A stretch of DNA of 64,000 bases from Yuukianura sp. NJ FZ-2021 (taxonomy: Eukaryota), in assembly GCA_046563655.1 (NCBI GenBank), contig CM102287.1, positions 4,712,001 to 4,776,000 of the forward strand, in the 5' to 3' direction. This document shows, piece after piece, positions 27,801 through 42,800 of the stretch. The first letter of the stretch is position 1, and each line of letters opens with the position of its first letter. The notes under the pieces are model-generated. The model saw nothing but the letters and a program-made list of their open reading frames with translations. It was not told the DNA's origin and ran no database searches. A program made the translations under genes and the position numbers.

Positions 27801-30800
27801 AGAGAACGAAAAGCCAAGTGAACGTTTCTTTTCCCTCTTTGCCTTCTGGTTAGGCTAGCTTTTACGTTAGACTGGGTTTTACATTAGGTTCTAAAAACCT
27901 AACCAAAAAAATGGTTAGGTTAGCCTAAGCCAAAGCCAAGGGAGGATTACTTGTCGTATTCACATATCTTCCCAAAATATGATTTGGATCCGAGAGGAGG
28001 GAGAAAAGCCGGGAGTTATTGGTGGCATTTCTCACTTTCAGATCAAACTTCAAACTACTTTCCCCAACTCCTCTGGTTAGGTTAGCCTCCTCTGCGTTAG
28101 GTTTGGGGTAGGTTGGAGTTAGGTTTAGGCCGGTCGTTGTGGTGTTTTAACTCAATTTTGGGTAGGATTATTTATGACTTATACTCTGTTCCATTATGAC
28201 ACTTTCAACTGCTAGAGTTTCTGAGAGTGACAGTTATGAGGATTCATTGAGAGCAGTGAAGCTTTCCATTCATGCCTCACTTGATTCAAACACTGGATGT
28301 GGAAATAATTACATGGTTACAAACTTAACATGTTAACCTTAACAAATGCTAACTTTTGAAAATGTTCAGTTGAAAATGTTTCTTTGAGTGTGGACATCCG
28401 TGACAAAGTGCCTACCGCCTAGAGTCTTTGTGAGGTTAAGATGAAAGTGTGAAGGCTTAGTTGTCAAGAGAGTGCTAAAAGCAGAAGGTGTCAAATTAGG
28501 ATTTTGGAGATTAGAAGTTAATGAATGCAAAGTACACACAAGGATTTTGCACAATTCCGGAGGCAGGCATGAAGTGGGTACAAGGACGTGGGGTTCTGCA
28601 CCGCAACCGGAAAGTGTTCAAAAACTGCACGTCACTTACAAAATTTCATACTTTTTGAAATAACTTTTAGTTTATAAAAAGTTTTCCTTAGGTGGCTCTT
28701 TGTTTGCTTCCATGAGTTGCATTTTGAAACTTTGAAATAATGAATTATTATTATAATGAATTTTCATTTTTTTAATTTTTTTTTTTTTTTTGCTTTTTTT
28801 GTACCTGGAAATCGGAAATTCTTGAAAATTTTGTTGCTAAACTTTTGTAAATTGATTTTTGAGTCTGGAGCTTGTGAAACTGATCTTACTCTTATAAAAT
28901 ATTAACTTATTAGTGTTGGTTTTTGTGTGCTGTTTATTATGTTAGTTAAGATTTTGAATTAGGTTAAGGTTAGGCTTTATGAAATCACATGAATTTCGAC
29001 TTTTGCATTATGGGATAAGTAGATGTCCCCTAGTCCATTAATTGCCATGGTAACTTTTAGAAGATGGATGTGCTGGAGTGAGTGGACAGTTTCATTGGAC
29101 TTTTGTCTCCGGCGCGTGGCAGTACTCTCCCTAGTCATCTTCTTTTGACAATGCAAAGATCATCTTTCCATTGTTCTTCCCCTTTAATTTCATTATCCAC
29201 TGCAACTTCATCTCTACTCTACTCAGATCTCAAATGCAATGCCCAGGAACTGCTCAAATTCCACCGACAATGCGCATCTTCTTAAATTTTTTTCTCATAA
29301 ACAAAGTTTAGTTTTTTTTTCTTGAAGCTTACACAAAAACTGGGGCTGAGATGTTCAATTACTGCCAATTATTCACAAGTTTTTGACTTCTTTGGCACTT
29401 CCTTGAGCTTTTGTGCGTTTTTTGTTCTGAAAAGCTTAAAAGTTAGGTTAAGTTGGGATGATAGGTTTTGTGTGGGACCGATTACCCAAATGATACGTTT
29501 AGTCTAATCAACTTTGAGGAAATTAATACGTACGTGAATTAACAGAAACCACCACTTTAAGTTCCACTTGCGCAAAACACTCCATTTCCATTCTAATCCA
29601 AACTCAGTCCAAGTTATATTGTACTGTGTGCATTCTGCTCAAGATGCTCTTCTTCAGGTTAGGTTTATAACGTAACCTATTGTTGTTGCTAGAGAAGGCT
29701 GAGGGAGAGATGTGGTTTCCATGGCGACAGGAGGCAAAGGTGGTTGCATTCCTTGACTTGATCTCTGCCTCTTCTCTTCCTCACGGCACTCCCTCATTCC
29801 AGCCTCTTCACTAGGCACAGAATCTCTCAAGAATAACCTTAACCCTTTCAATTCAAAAGTTAGGCTATTTATTAGTGGAATAAGGGGTAGGGGGCCTTAA
29901 GGAATGGATTGATACCTTAAGTGCCCCCTCCAGGCACAACTCTGTTGTAAGATGCGGTTTTTTGTGAATGTTGCGTGGAAATGACCAATTTCATGGTCCT
30001 CATCTCCCTATTCGGAAGCAGAATGAGGTCAAACAGTCTCTTACTCCCACTTTTAATCAAAGTCGTTCTCGTACAATTAGGAGTTTTTATCAAAAAAGAA
30101 AAAAGTTAAGATTTTTTCAGAAAAGTCGCTTTTTTAAAGTTGAGTAATTTTGAAAAGTTAGTTTTTGTGTTAAGTTGGAGTTAGGGAATGTTGTTGGTCT
30201 AGGTGTAGCAAGTTAGAATGTTGATGGTCAGGATTAAGGAGGTTGAAATTATGCACATAAATTGAAGAGCGGATCTTAGTTGCATTAAGTGCGAATAAAG
30301 CAGAGTGGCAGTGGACCACATTTGGCAATTGTGTCAACATGCCCCAGGATTAACGAGGATTAATTACAACATGCCTTGGAATATATCCAATCACAATCAT
30401 AATATTTCAAAAAAAAATTAAAGTTTTGATGAGCTTGTGATGTGTAAACCGATGTTGACAAAAACTCTTGTATTTTATGAAAATTTCTGGCTAAAAATTC
30501 ATCGTGTTTCCAAGTTTTAGTTTCCGTTTCTAGATTTGTTGGGATGTTTTGGAAACTGCCAAACTTTTGTATTTCTCCAATATTTTGAAACAGTATTTCT
30601 AGGTGATAAGTTTCAACTGGTTATAAATCTGTGTGTATGGAATTTTCAAATTTCGTTTGTGCACCATTCAACAAAGCCTTCAAAGTTCTGTTAAATTTTC
30701 AAGTTAGTTTTTGCGAAAATTTCGATAAATGTGTTAAGGGGTTTGAGACAATTTTGGATTTTGAAATTTAGTCTTTGGTTTTTTTTTTTTTACTTTTTGT

Positions 30801-33800
30801 GTCTGGAGAATTTTGTGCTTGGTAGCAATATTTGTACGGAGTATTTTGGACCTTGTGCAGTAAGTTAGGAAGTACATAGTGTGTGTTGGTCAGAGGCAGT
30901 AGTATTTGTGTGTATATTTTGATTCTGTTGGATTATTGTTGGCGTGGGTGGGGATTTGAGGGGCGGGGGGATGGTGGGCACAGGAGGGGAATCGACTTCT
31001 TCTTCCTTCGGAGGAATCGGGACGTGACCTGAAAGAAAAGTATCCAACGCAACCCCCCTCGCCAAGTACACTTCCAACTTTCACAGTCCAGCAGGGACTT
31101 ACAGCACACAACTCCACGCAATTCAACCTTCCCAAATATTACTCTTCAGCTTTTTACAGCATTCGATTTCTCCTGTTCCAAAATTCAAAATTTCAGTTAA
31201 AATAACCGCCATGCACAATTTTTTGAAATGCTGAAGTCCGGAATTGTAGTACAATTTAGTTGTTGCTTCAGTGTAACTCTGTAGTTCAGATTACAATTTT
31301 TGTGTATTTCAGAATTTCCTCTCTGTTTTTTTTTGTGAATTTAAGTTGTAATTTTGGATTTTGGTGCTTTCTGTTAGTTTTTGTATGGTTTCATTGATTT
31401 GTAATTTGAGGGATGTGGGATGGAAATGGATTTGGTTGGGTTTATAGTGGATCCTTGTGATGTAAATATATGTGCATAAATTAGAGTAGTCGAGAGGAAT
31501 GCACTTTCTTAGGCAGTCAACCCAAATACACTTTCTCCACCTTTCTCCCAACTTTGTCACTTTCCAATTCAACCACACTACCATTTTTAGAACAAGTTCA
31601 AACTTTTCTAGAACAGGAACAGAGTTCCTTACCTCTAGGCCCTTTTTGTCACTTTTCAAAAAAAAAAATCCAAAAATTCAATTCTACTTCTGAAACCAAA
31701 CAAGACTTGGTTTGTATTTGGCGTCTCTTCGTCTCTTTTGTTGCAGATCTCGCAACTTTGTCGCAGATTTTCTTTTTCTTTCATTGTTTTTGTATAATTT
31801 CCAATTTATTTATAAAATGAAAAGAGAGATTTTTTGTTGTAGTCCACTCCGCCTTGTTCACTTTTGTTGTTTGTTACTTGTGGTTTGGTGTGGTGTCCAA
31901 AAAGTAAGGTGTGGATGACCTTGGTGAAGATGAGGACAGGAGAAGAGAGCCCAGACGACATGAGTGGTGATTCTGAGATCAACTTTTAGCTTCTTCCCAA
32001 CATTGGAAAGTTTCATGGGCCAAGTAGCTTGTATTTTTTTGAGGTGAATTTGTGAGTTGAGGTCAGAGAGTGAGTCTGTCCGTGGGTCGGGGTCACCAAG
32101 TGGGAGTGACACCTACTCCATCCTCCAAATGCTCCCTGACTCAACCCGAAACCACTTTGCAAAGTATCCAACTACTCATTGTTTGTTGGTTAGGATGGAT
32201 GAATGGACGAGATGTAAAGATCCAAAGTTTGGGAAGATGCGCACAAGTCTAACTTACACGTTCAATAACATTTTACATCTTCTAGAGAGACCTAACCAGC
32301 CACTCCTTAGCGTTAAGCGTATACATAAGAACCTCCTTGGCACAATCACATCTTCAATGGACAGTGTCAATGGGCGACTGACCTTTGACCTCGTCAAACT
32401 TCACCTAAAACCTACAAAATTTATCCCAAAACTTGCCAATTTCGGCCAAAAAGTTACCAACTTTTGCCCAAAACTTATCGAACATTGTGAAAAACGTTAG
32501 AATTTAGCCGAGAAATTGCTTCGCATCTTCGAAATGCGGACAAATGTGTTGTTTTTTATCGCACGCCAGTATATCTTGACAAAAATATCTCGAAAATATC
32601 TCGATTTCGATATGTTAGGATGGACTCAACATATTTTTGGCATGAGATATTTTTTAAGAGATTCCATTGACAAAGATTTGAATACTCAAGCCGCCGTTGG
32701 AAAAAAAAACTAAATGATTTCTTGTTGAATGAAATGAATTTAAAATTCAGTTGAGGAAAGCTTCCATTACCCTATTTTCAGGAAAACAGTTTTTTGTTGT
32801 ATTTTTTTTTATTTTTTCGTTTGCAAATTTTTGGAAGCTTTTTTTTTAATTTTTTGCCAATTTTTTTTATTTGTTTTTTTTTCTTTCGTTTTGGCTTTTT
32901 CTTTGTTATTATGCGGGAGTGATGCTGCAGAGAGTCGCCGAGTTTCATCTGATTTGGAAGATCCACTTTTTTCTGCTTAGATTAAATACTGCGTGAGTGT
33001 CTTTATGAGATTTTTTTCTGTCTTTTTTATGTTTATCTTTACCCGTTTTTTTCGTTTTGTTTCGTTGTGGAAAAAGAGAGATGAGGTTTGAGAGCAAGGG
33101 GGTCTCGTGGCTGTCGTTCCGGTGGCTGTGCCCCACCGTGGGTCTGGTGGCTCTCTGTCTCCGTTCTGGATAAAAGAATATTCCAATTTGAGTATACAAT
33201 TTTGGTGAATGTGCCCTTGGAGACCTTAGCTGAGTTTCTATGGTTCCCTGGAGGGGAAGGAGGGAAGCTTTAAGTCTCAGAAATACAGCCAAGGATCCAC
33301 CGTCATCTTGGAAGGGGCTCTTATCAATCATATGAAAAACAATGGATCAGAACTTAAAACATCCAATGTCCCTTTAGCCATCTACAAAAAAAAACCAGTC
33401 CCACCAGAAAACCTGATCCACGGAGAGACAGGTGGAAATGTGGACCCACCAAAGTGAGCCACCAAGTGGGGCAAATGCATGGGATTTACAAGAGGAGAGA
33501 GCCAGAGGTCATTCTTAACCTTCGACCCCTAGGGCCAACCCACCTTTTACTTATGAACCAAACCTCAAATTATAGGCTACAACAACCCATCTTCATCACT
33601 CACACAACAACAGTAACTTTTAGACATACACACAAAAAATCTTCATATCAAAACCATCTTCAGTCCAAAAACCCACCTTTTACTGCACAAAAAAAGCAGA
33701 ACTTTTTTTTGTGATTTTGGTGTACAGTAGAAAACGTCAGTTTTTGAGATATTCGGCCAAAAACCCCCAGAATGTGGAAATTTTCACCCAAATTGGCAAG

Positions 33801-33879
33801 GATTCCATACCTGCAAAAATCTGCAAAGTTGCAAAAGTTTGTGCAAAAAAGCGCTAAAAATAGAAATCAAATATCGGAA

Positions 33880-34140
33880 GCAAAGAAATCAGAAAATTCG
33901 ACATCAGAAAAACAGAATCCGGAGAATTAGACAGCAGAAAAACTGAAATCAGAAAAAAAAAATCAGAAAAATTGAAATCAGAAAAATAAACAGCCCTCAA
34001 TCAGAATAGGAAAATTCAGAAAACAGAAATCTGAGAAATCGAAAAACAGGAATAAGAAAAATTAAAACTCAGAAATCAGACTGGAAGTTTTAACAATAAT
34101 TTCTAGAAAGAGAAATCAGACCAACAGAAAATCGGAAAAA
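33880..34140. repeat. Degenerate short-period repeat (AAATCAGAAAA-like)
   Basis: Many copies of TCAGAAAA/AAATCAGA variants in ~260 bp. Confidence 0.7.
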
Positions 34141-37100
34141 TCGTCGCAATTTTCTTCCGTTTCCGATTTTTGCGAATAATTGAAAATCGAAATGAGTCAA
34201 CTGATGGATTCTGCGCATACTGGATCGTTAAGTGTGGATGATTCAATTAATTTTCCCTCTGGGAATGTGTGTAGGATTTTGATGGAATTTACCCCTTTTC
34301 TCCCCAATGTCTCTTCATTTGATTAACTTTTATTCTACTCTCTCCCTCACCCCCTTAACTTTAATTTCAACCTGACGCACCACCACCGCCATCCGCATAA
34401 GTTCTCTATGTCTTCTGCGACATCTCCAAAACTTTTGTCACAAAACCAGTTTATACACCTCTGTACTTAAATGACACACCTCTGCCACAAGCGACACAAA
34501 AAACACACTTTTGCAAAAAACCAGAAACCACTCCAAGAAAGTCATCAAAGTAAGCCAAAAATTCCAAAATTGTGCATCTATCACACCAGCACAAAATTTA
34601 GCAAAAGTAGATTTGCTGAAAAAAAATCCAAAAAGCTGAATTTGGTTTTAACAGCGCTTTCGAGGTGATTTTTGTATTTTGCAACTTTTGATTTGTTAGG
34701 CTATTTTTTTGTCATTTTGGTGTGATTTTGGATTTTGCACATTATGCTTGTAAGTTGCATTGAAATTGTCATGTTTCGGTCGTAAAGTGTAAGAAGAGAG
34801 GGAATGGATTGGCCCAATTGACACAACAATGCCAAATTCCTGGAAGCAGGAAGGAGTTTATGTCGGGGTGGAAAGTGAGGGTCGGAGGAACGATTCTCCG
34901 TCACGCTGTCTTCTTTTTCCGAGGCCACAAACTGTTCTGGAGGGTCACCATTAGGATGCGGTCACTTTAGGAAGTTCCGAAGAGGTCATCATTTACTCTC
35001 CACTTCTTCAAAGTCACCCGCCGTGACCAAGGGACACATCAACCACTCTGTACATCCAACAGGTACTGCCTAATCCTACATCAATTCCCCCATTTCAATT
35101 TCACAACTCCTCTACATTGAAATTCACCCACAATTCCTTCGAAAGGGACAAAATTTCAAAAAGTTTCAAAAATTCCGTCAAAACAAAGTCGAGTTTCTAA
35201 TTTTGAAATGGACTTTTTGTTGCTAAACTTTTAGGTCACTCACAAAATCATCAACTCCCGGTTTTGCATACTCAGGAAGATGAAGATGAATACCAGTTTT
35301 GTCGGCGCGATTTGACCTTTGACCTTTGTGACCCCGCTGGAGCACAAAAATTGAAACTGAATGCTGCTTTTTTGAAATTTTTGAACAACAGCATATGTGT
35401 AAGTGGAGGAGAAGACAGGTAGCGAAGAACAGTTGTGTGTTGGAAGTGGTTTGTGCCTATTAATTCTTGGAGTCAATTGATATGCCAGGTCATGCCTCAA
35501 CTTCCTACGAAATATCCAACAATTACACTCCAACTGGCCCAACGTCTAAAACACAAAACGAAATACTATCCTGCAAACCACGCTTACTCAAAAATGTTTT
35601 CATTATATTCATTTTACCAAAATTTAGTTACAAAAAATCATAAATTAAGTAAATCAAACATCCGTTTTTATTTATCTCCAGTTTCTTCAATTTTCATTCA
35701 ATTTGGTTTAAATTCTCAGTTTCTCTTCGCTTTAGAATTTCCAATGCACAAATCCAGTCCGTGGTTTAAGTTTCTAAAATGTCTGTTTTTCTTACTTCAT
35801 AGGTTTTTTTTAAAAGTCGAACTGCAAACGAGTGTAAACGCCATCCAGAAAAAGAAGACGCGACGATTGCAGACTAGCTGATGAAAGCGTTTCAGTTTCT
35901 GCGATGTTTTGTAAGGTTTTGTTTTATAAATTGTCTTAGCTGAAGTAAACTTGAATTAAGTAATTAGCAATTAATTAACTGTGGGTAATTAGTAATTAGA
36001 TAACCGAAATCGATGAAATGAGTTGAAGATTTTGCAAATTTGGAAAATCGAACAACGAATGACTTTTTTGAACAAATAATGTTGATATTTTAACTTGATT
36101 TTGTTGTGCATTTTTTGTTATTTTTGAACATTAATTTTTCCTGGGAAGGCGGATCAATTTGAACTAAACACAAAGAGAAAGGAACAATGGGAGCTACTTT
36201 TTATTTCCTGGATCACTGACAACCTAAACTGGGAAATGGCCAAAAGTCAACATGACCCGCCAGTGCCCGCGACCAGGTCACGTGTATGCCCCGCCCCTCC
36301 CGATTTTTCGGTGCGGCGGGTGGGGAGGGGTGCATTGTTCCCGGGTATTAGTGACAAAAGGAAGGAAATCGACCTGGACCGAACCCCAGAGAGCCAGGAT
36401 CAGCAGAGCCCCTTTTTATGATGATCCGACACTACCCGGCATTCCCCCCATTTTTAGTCACGCTTTTCAATACAAACCTAACCTAAACTAGCCTAACAAT
36501 CACAGCTAGGATTCTCCCCGGCACAATTCAAAATAAGTCTCGTGATTTAGTTGCAAAACGAAACGCAACCTAAAACCTAACCTTAGCCTAACGAAACTAC
36601 TTTTTTGCACAAAAAATGAACCTGGCTTAGCCATTTAGGATGCGATTAACCTTGCGAACGCAAATTAACTAAAATTCAAAAAAGTTTGAACTTTTTACTT
36701 CAAGTGCACTCAACATTTTTGAGTTTCTTTTGCTTTTTTGGAAACATAAAACATGTAGGTTGGTGGTTAGTAATGGATAATGGTAAGTTGATGCATTACT
36801 GAAAATGACTAAATAAGAAGATGATGATGCGAAGATGCGATTTTCGAAATTTTGTTTTTTTGAAATTTTACTTTTTTTAATCCGCTGTTTCTGTATGAAA
36901 TTTTTGATTGAACTTTTTTATTTGAGGAGTTTGTTTTAAAAAAGTGGTTTTTGGTGGTAGTGGTGTTTGTTTTGTTTGGATTTTTGAGTCTGAGTTTTTT
37001 TGGATTGTTGATTCTGATAAATGGATTTTGAGTGGAGGTTCAAGAGCCTTTTTTCCTTTCGTTTCAAGTGCTTTTTCAGGGAAGAATCAAAGAATCAGCA

Positions 37101-39873
37101 CTTCCTAATAAGTTCCCTCCACAAGAGCAATTATACTCTGTCGGTGGGGCCTCAGTGCCACCATACTTGGCGAACCCACCGTGAGAACTTGGTGGGGCTA
37201 ATACAAAGAAAAATGCTTGAGGCTACCTCTAAAGCCCCGTTGACTGAAAAAGAAAGTTATTTTTGTAGGGAGAAAGTAAAAGAAGGATGTGAAATTGATC
37301 TCTTCAGATTAACGTCAAACCCCCACAGTTTCACTTTGGGCAATTGCTTCTCTTCTACTTTGTTTTTTTTTAGGAAACCGGTTTTTTAAGAAGGGGTTTT
37401 TAGAAAAAGTAATTGTAGAATTTAGAAAGTGTCACTCTGTGGGTTTGCTCAATTTCGCACGGGAATTGGAAAGAGAAAATCCAGTTCCTAATTAAACTGA
37501 AAAGTGAAAGGGGAGAACTGGATTTTGGACTTTTTTAGTTTTTGAAATTTTTTCATTTTTTAAAAAAGTTCCCCTCGAGGGGGAGAACAATGGGGGTGGG
37601 GAGGAGTGAAAGTGTTCTGGGTAACATTGTGTCCGTGGGAGTGGAGTTAATCCAGGCGTGAAATCTCTGTGACTGGGACTAAGGGCTCCCCTCTCCCTTG
37701 AGCTCCCTTTTGCTCAGTGCCGAAGGATTAAGGCCTCAGCCTTCGTCTGAATAAATATTTGCACCCACCAACTTCTCACTCCCACCCAAATATCATCCAC
37801 TACCCACAAAATTTACAGTCAAATGACCTCCAAAAACACAGCTTTTCTAAACAACTTTTCAAAAAAATGAGGGAAAAAAATTCAGAGAGGATACAGAAAA
37901 TAAAAAGAAAATGCAGTTGGAAAAACTCGTTTTTTCAACAACATTTTCTGCATCCGATGCAATTTCTCTTTCAAAACAAAAAAAAAACTGTCCTAAAAAA
38001 TCAACAAAACTGCATTCGTCAAATTCAAAATTTCAATTTTCTGGTTTCAAATTTCAAAAATCAACCTTAAAATTTTGTAAGTTGTAAAGGTTACGCATAA
38101 ACTAATGTAAATTCTTTTAAATAGTGATGCTTTGTTCACTCCTTTTTCAACTGACTTGGAAGTTGAAGTTGGAGCTAAGAATTGATTTTAGTGCTGTTTT
38201 GGGTTGGAAAAGGAAGAGAAAGTGGTGAAAGTGAAGAAAGTGCTTAGTAGTGTGTCTCCCTTGTCTTCATTTGCATCCCATCGATCCAAACAAATATCTT
38301 CTTCCTTCTTCCCCCACCTTATCTCCATGGTTATTCATACGTGATCTCATTCCAACTCCAGCTCCACTTCAACCCAACATGGGTACATCGCCTTACTTCA
38401 ACCAACTACACTTCTTCAACCACTGGGTACATCACAGACTCCTGCCTTCCTTCAACCACATACTTTCTTTTCCCTTTCTCACAGAGAAAGTTCCTTCCTC
38501 TCTCTTTTTTTGTTGGAAGAGAAAGCCTTCCGTCCACAAATTCCTTTGTGACTCTTCTGCTCCTCGGCTGTCCCTCATTGAATTTTCTCCATTTTTTAAA
38601 ATTTTAGAATTTTTTAGAAAAAGTCCCTAGAGGAGACTGGAGGAGGGTCGTTTCGTGACAAGTGGAATTAGATTAAGAGCGGGAACAAAGGCCTAACCCT
38701 TTCCCCCGTTTCAAAAAGTGTCAAATGAAGCGACGCGTCAAACCCAAAAAATGAAACTTATTCAGCATCAGCAGAAGTAAGTTCGGTTTATTGGATTCTG
38801 CGGTCAGCCTTTCATTCTCCCGCAGTTTTTAAAAGACTGAAATTTAAAAAAAATGAAATCCAATCAAACACCAACTTTTCATTAAGAACTGAATTGGAGA
38901 GAATGCGGTGGGACGTGGGGCCACAAAAGCCCCACTAGAAATGTCACATTTTAATCAACTTCAATTAATTTCATGAACATGACATTCTCCAAAGTGCTGA
39001 GAGACTCAATCCGAATCGCAACAGGACAAATACATTTCCTCCCATGAAATTCAAAATTGCAAAACTTAAAATTTTATTCGTCCATTCGCAAAACTCGAAA
39101 ATTCGAAATCAAGATTAGATTATTTTTTATTGAAGATTGTAATAATTGACACGACACAATACTTAATCGTAATTCAAAAAACTACCTCTGGATCTGGTGA
39201 TATCTGCATATAACTCATTGTGAAACTAGAAATTAAAGTGGGAAAAAATCTTAAGACTTTGAGCAACGACGCTGTTTCAGATTAACTACTTCTAATCTCT
39301 AAATTTTAAATTCCGTTTTTTTCAAACGTCACAATTTGAATTTAAGTTATAAGATTAGGTTAATGTTATGTGTTTAGTTGAATGTTAGGTTAAGGTTAGG
39401 CTATTCTAAATTGCTATGTTATTAATTGGTGATTTGGAGATGAATTATGGTTGGTAGGGTGAAAGTGGGCCTAATTTGTCTTTTGATTTGTCCTAGACCG
39501 AGACAGTTGTGCATGGGGAGGTCACTACTGTGGATTCATCATCACCCAAATGTGACACCTTGAGGCCAAGGTCCCGCCATATGTGAACCTCCATCTGCTC
39601 CAACTTGCAAGGGCCCAGGGGCCCTTAAACGCTTTCCCGGTTCCGTCCAACGGGCCCTTTGTCCTCCGAATCGCTTGATTTCAGCCAACAATGGGAGTCA
39701 GTAACTGCTTTCCCAGAGAGTGACAAATTGTCACAGGGCCCTTCCCCTCCCCTGTCCCTTCGTGGACAGTGTACCAAGGAAATTGGTAATAACCAAAGGG
39801 AACCAGAGCTAAACCGAGTCTTTTGTCCCTGCGAACCAACATTAAGGGCCCCCATGTCCACTTGATGTCGTCC

Positions 39874-39886
39874 AGGTCAATGACCT
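39874..39886. promoter_or_regulatory. Perfect IR1 palindrome AGGTCA-A-TGACCT (consensus ecdysone response element)
   Basis: Exact match to the idealised EcR/USP IR1 element, followed by another AGGTCA half-site at ~39891. Function untested. Confidence 0.5.
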
Positions 39887-42800
39887 CGAAAGGTCACTTG
39901 GAAATGCTGAACTTTCATGTTGAGATTTCTCTCATGCCTAATTGGTTCCTGAGTGGCGAAAGTTCTGGAGGCGAAATATTGACACTGACGAAACAGAGTC
40001 GTGCCAAGGGCCCTTGTTCACCATTGTGACAAAAGAAAGTGAAGAGCCCTTGAGGGCTGGTTTAATTGTGCGGGTCCAAGGGCCCCTTCATTCACTCCGG
40101 GTGACTTGAATTGTCAAGAGACGCGATGCCTTCAGGTCATGTCACACTTGATAACATTAACCTAACACTTTGTGAGTCACTGAACCGGAAAAAAGACAAG
40201 GACCGGGTCAAGGGTCACTCTAAAGTGATTCCATTCCACCTGAATTTCTTCTCAAAAGTAATTTCATATCTCAAAAAACCGAAAAAGTTATGTAATTCTG
40301 AGTTCCTAAACGTAATTTCGAAAAGGCTTAAGGTTATGTTTTGTTCTATTGAAATTTTGAAAAGAATGTCACGCAGCGATGACCTGGAGTGACCCTGTTC
40401 CGATTCATTTCATTCGACACACTTCACTTTTTTGTGCCTCAAGGCACAAATGAAATGCCGCTGAAAACTAATGTGAAATTTATGTTACGAAATTCTCATC
40501 TGTCATTTAGCTCGTTCCAGCAATTCTTGGAAAACTGGAAGAGAATTTTTAAAAAAATTTTAAAAAGTGAAAACCGATTTCATTTTATTTTTGTCTAATT
40601 TTTGAGATTTTGGAAGTGAAAGGAGGGAATTGTTGGTGTTTTGAGGCTGTTGTCATTTAGGAGAGAGACAAGTCGTTTGAGATGATGGTGGAGAGTGTTT
40701 TAGCAGAAGTAGTGCGCATGTGCATGGGTAAATCAATGGAGGTCTTCGTGTGTCCTATGAATATGCAGTGTCTTCCAGAAGATGCCTTCCAGAAGCAGCG
40801 TCCTTTCCAGTGCTGGAGAAAGTGGGCTGGAAGTTTACCTTTCGCTTCCCACCACGGCCTTCCCTCATTTGCATCCAAACGAGTCTCCTCCCCCAAACCA
40901 TCTTCCCCTCACTTTCACTTCCTCCACAAAACATCCACTACCACCACCACAGCACCTAATCTAACATTAAGTAAAAAAGTTAACCTATCGAAACGTAACA
41001 AGTTATATTCAATAAAAATTACATCGCAATGAGAAACATGATCAAGGAACTAACTGTAATTCACTAGCCATCGAAACCTAATAGTTTAGACGACTAAAGT
41101 TTTCACAAGACGTTTAACTGCACAAAAGTCTTTTAGAATCGACATGAACTGTGCTTTCTTTTTGTTTTTGTGCCCATGCGCCAGTGGTTTCTTGTTTGAT
41201 TGACTGCTACGTAATGGTTGTGAGGAGAAAGTAAGTTCTGAATGTCAACAAGAGAGTCTGTTGAGGCCTGTCACCCTTCCAGATCTTTGTCTCTCTGCAT
41301 CATTCCTCACCCTAGTCAAGAAGGAAAAGACTCAAGTTCAAGATCAGGCACATGAAAAATTATATTGATTCACTCCAACCACACATCTTCACTCCCAAAA
41401 ATATTCACTTTCCATTCCAACATAACCATCCCTATTCTGAACAAAAACAATAACTACGAAAACTACAAGATGCAACAACATCTTGCTTTTCTACAAAAAC
41501 AAAATTCAAGCCAAGAAGTACTTTCGTGCTCTCTAGAAAGTCGTCGAACTATACGGAAATGTTGAACTTTCTCTATTTCAGGCAGATTGATTGCATGAAA
41601 AGGAGAAATCGAGTGATTTATGATGACGAAAAACACTTTTCCGTTTGATCTGAGGAAAAGTGGGATGTTCAATTAAGTTGATTGTTGGCTTCTGATTCGT
41701 CGGAATTAGTGGAATTGATTGAAGTTGTAAAAAGTAAAAGTTGTAAATAGGAAATACATATGCATGAGGTTGTTGAGTATTGTTGTGAAAGTGATTGTTA
41801 AGGTCCATTGTGATGCATTGTGAAGTGCATTTGAGTAATTGAATTAAGGAAATGCAACCACAGAAAGTCACCGCAACTGGCTTTCACTTTCACTCTAACA
41901 AAACATTCCCAGTTTTATTGCCTATTTCACTCCATTTCCTATTCTAAACCAAAACCAATTCCACTGATTAACACTCCTACTACTACAATAGTATAAATAA
42001 ATATATATTATAATACAACATTAATATAATATAATATATTAAAAAATATCAAAATACTGCAAATAAATGAACAGCTTAAAGTGAATTGAGTTAAAGAAAA
42101 TAAAAAATTTCATTGTGAAAATTTTAAATTTTTTTGTTACATCACAACGCCGCACAATTTTAATTCTATTTTTACTGGAGCAAAAAAAAAATTAAATTTT
42201 GAAGTTACGTGATCTGATGGTACCAGACGAGAATTTTAATAATTCGAAATTTTTCAAAATGTTGAACTTGAAACTGTATTGGTATCGTATGGGGAAACCA
42301 AAATTCAAAAACGAAATTCAAAAAAATCGGTTTAGTGTGACTTTATGTTGAAATGACCTAGGGAGCAGATTATGTGCATCTCTTTGCACAAATTAATGAA
42401 AATTAGGAACCGACGAGAAAGTGCAAAGTGAAAACTGTGCTCTTCCTTGCCGAAATTGTTTTGTCTCAACTTTCTCCTCTGCATTATTCATCAGTGGAGG
42501 GAACAATTAAGGCTCTCCTCTGACCTTGGGTGCTCAACTTTCAAACCCATAAGGGGGTTGTAACGTTCAAGTAAATGCTAAAATATGTGCATAAATTAAT
42601 TCCAAAGTTCACCACCAGGGGAGGTGCAGGCCACAGAGACATCAGAGAATAAAACCAGCCTCCTTTGACCATCATCCGACACAACAAACAAAACTTTGGC
42701 TCCTCAAATACTTCAGTTCCAATTTCAAACTTTCCCTCCTTTCTCTTTTGAAAACTACGAAGAGATTTGAGGATTGGAGGAAATTGTGCTGGAATGACCA

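Noticed and set aside
27840..28130. TTAGG/CCTAA runs resembling arthropod telomeric repeats
   Set aside because: Short, degenerate and scattered across the window; not a true array.
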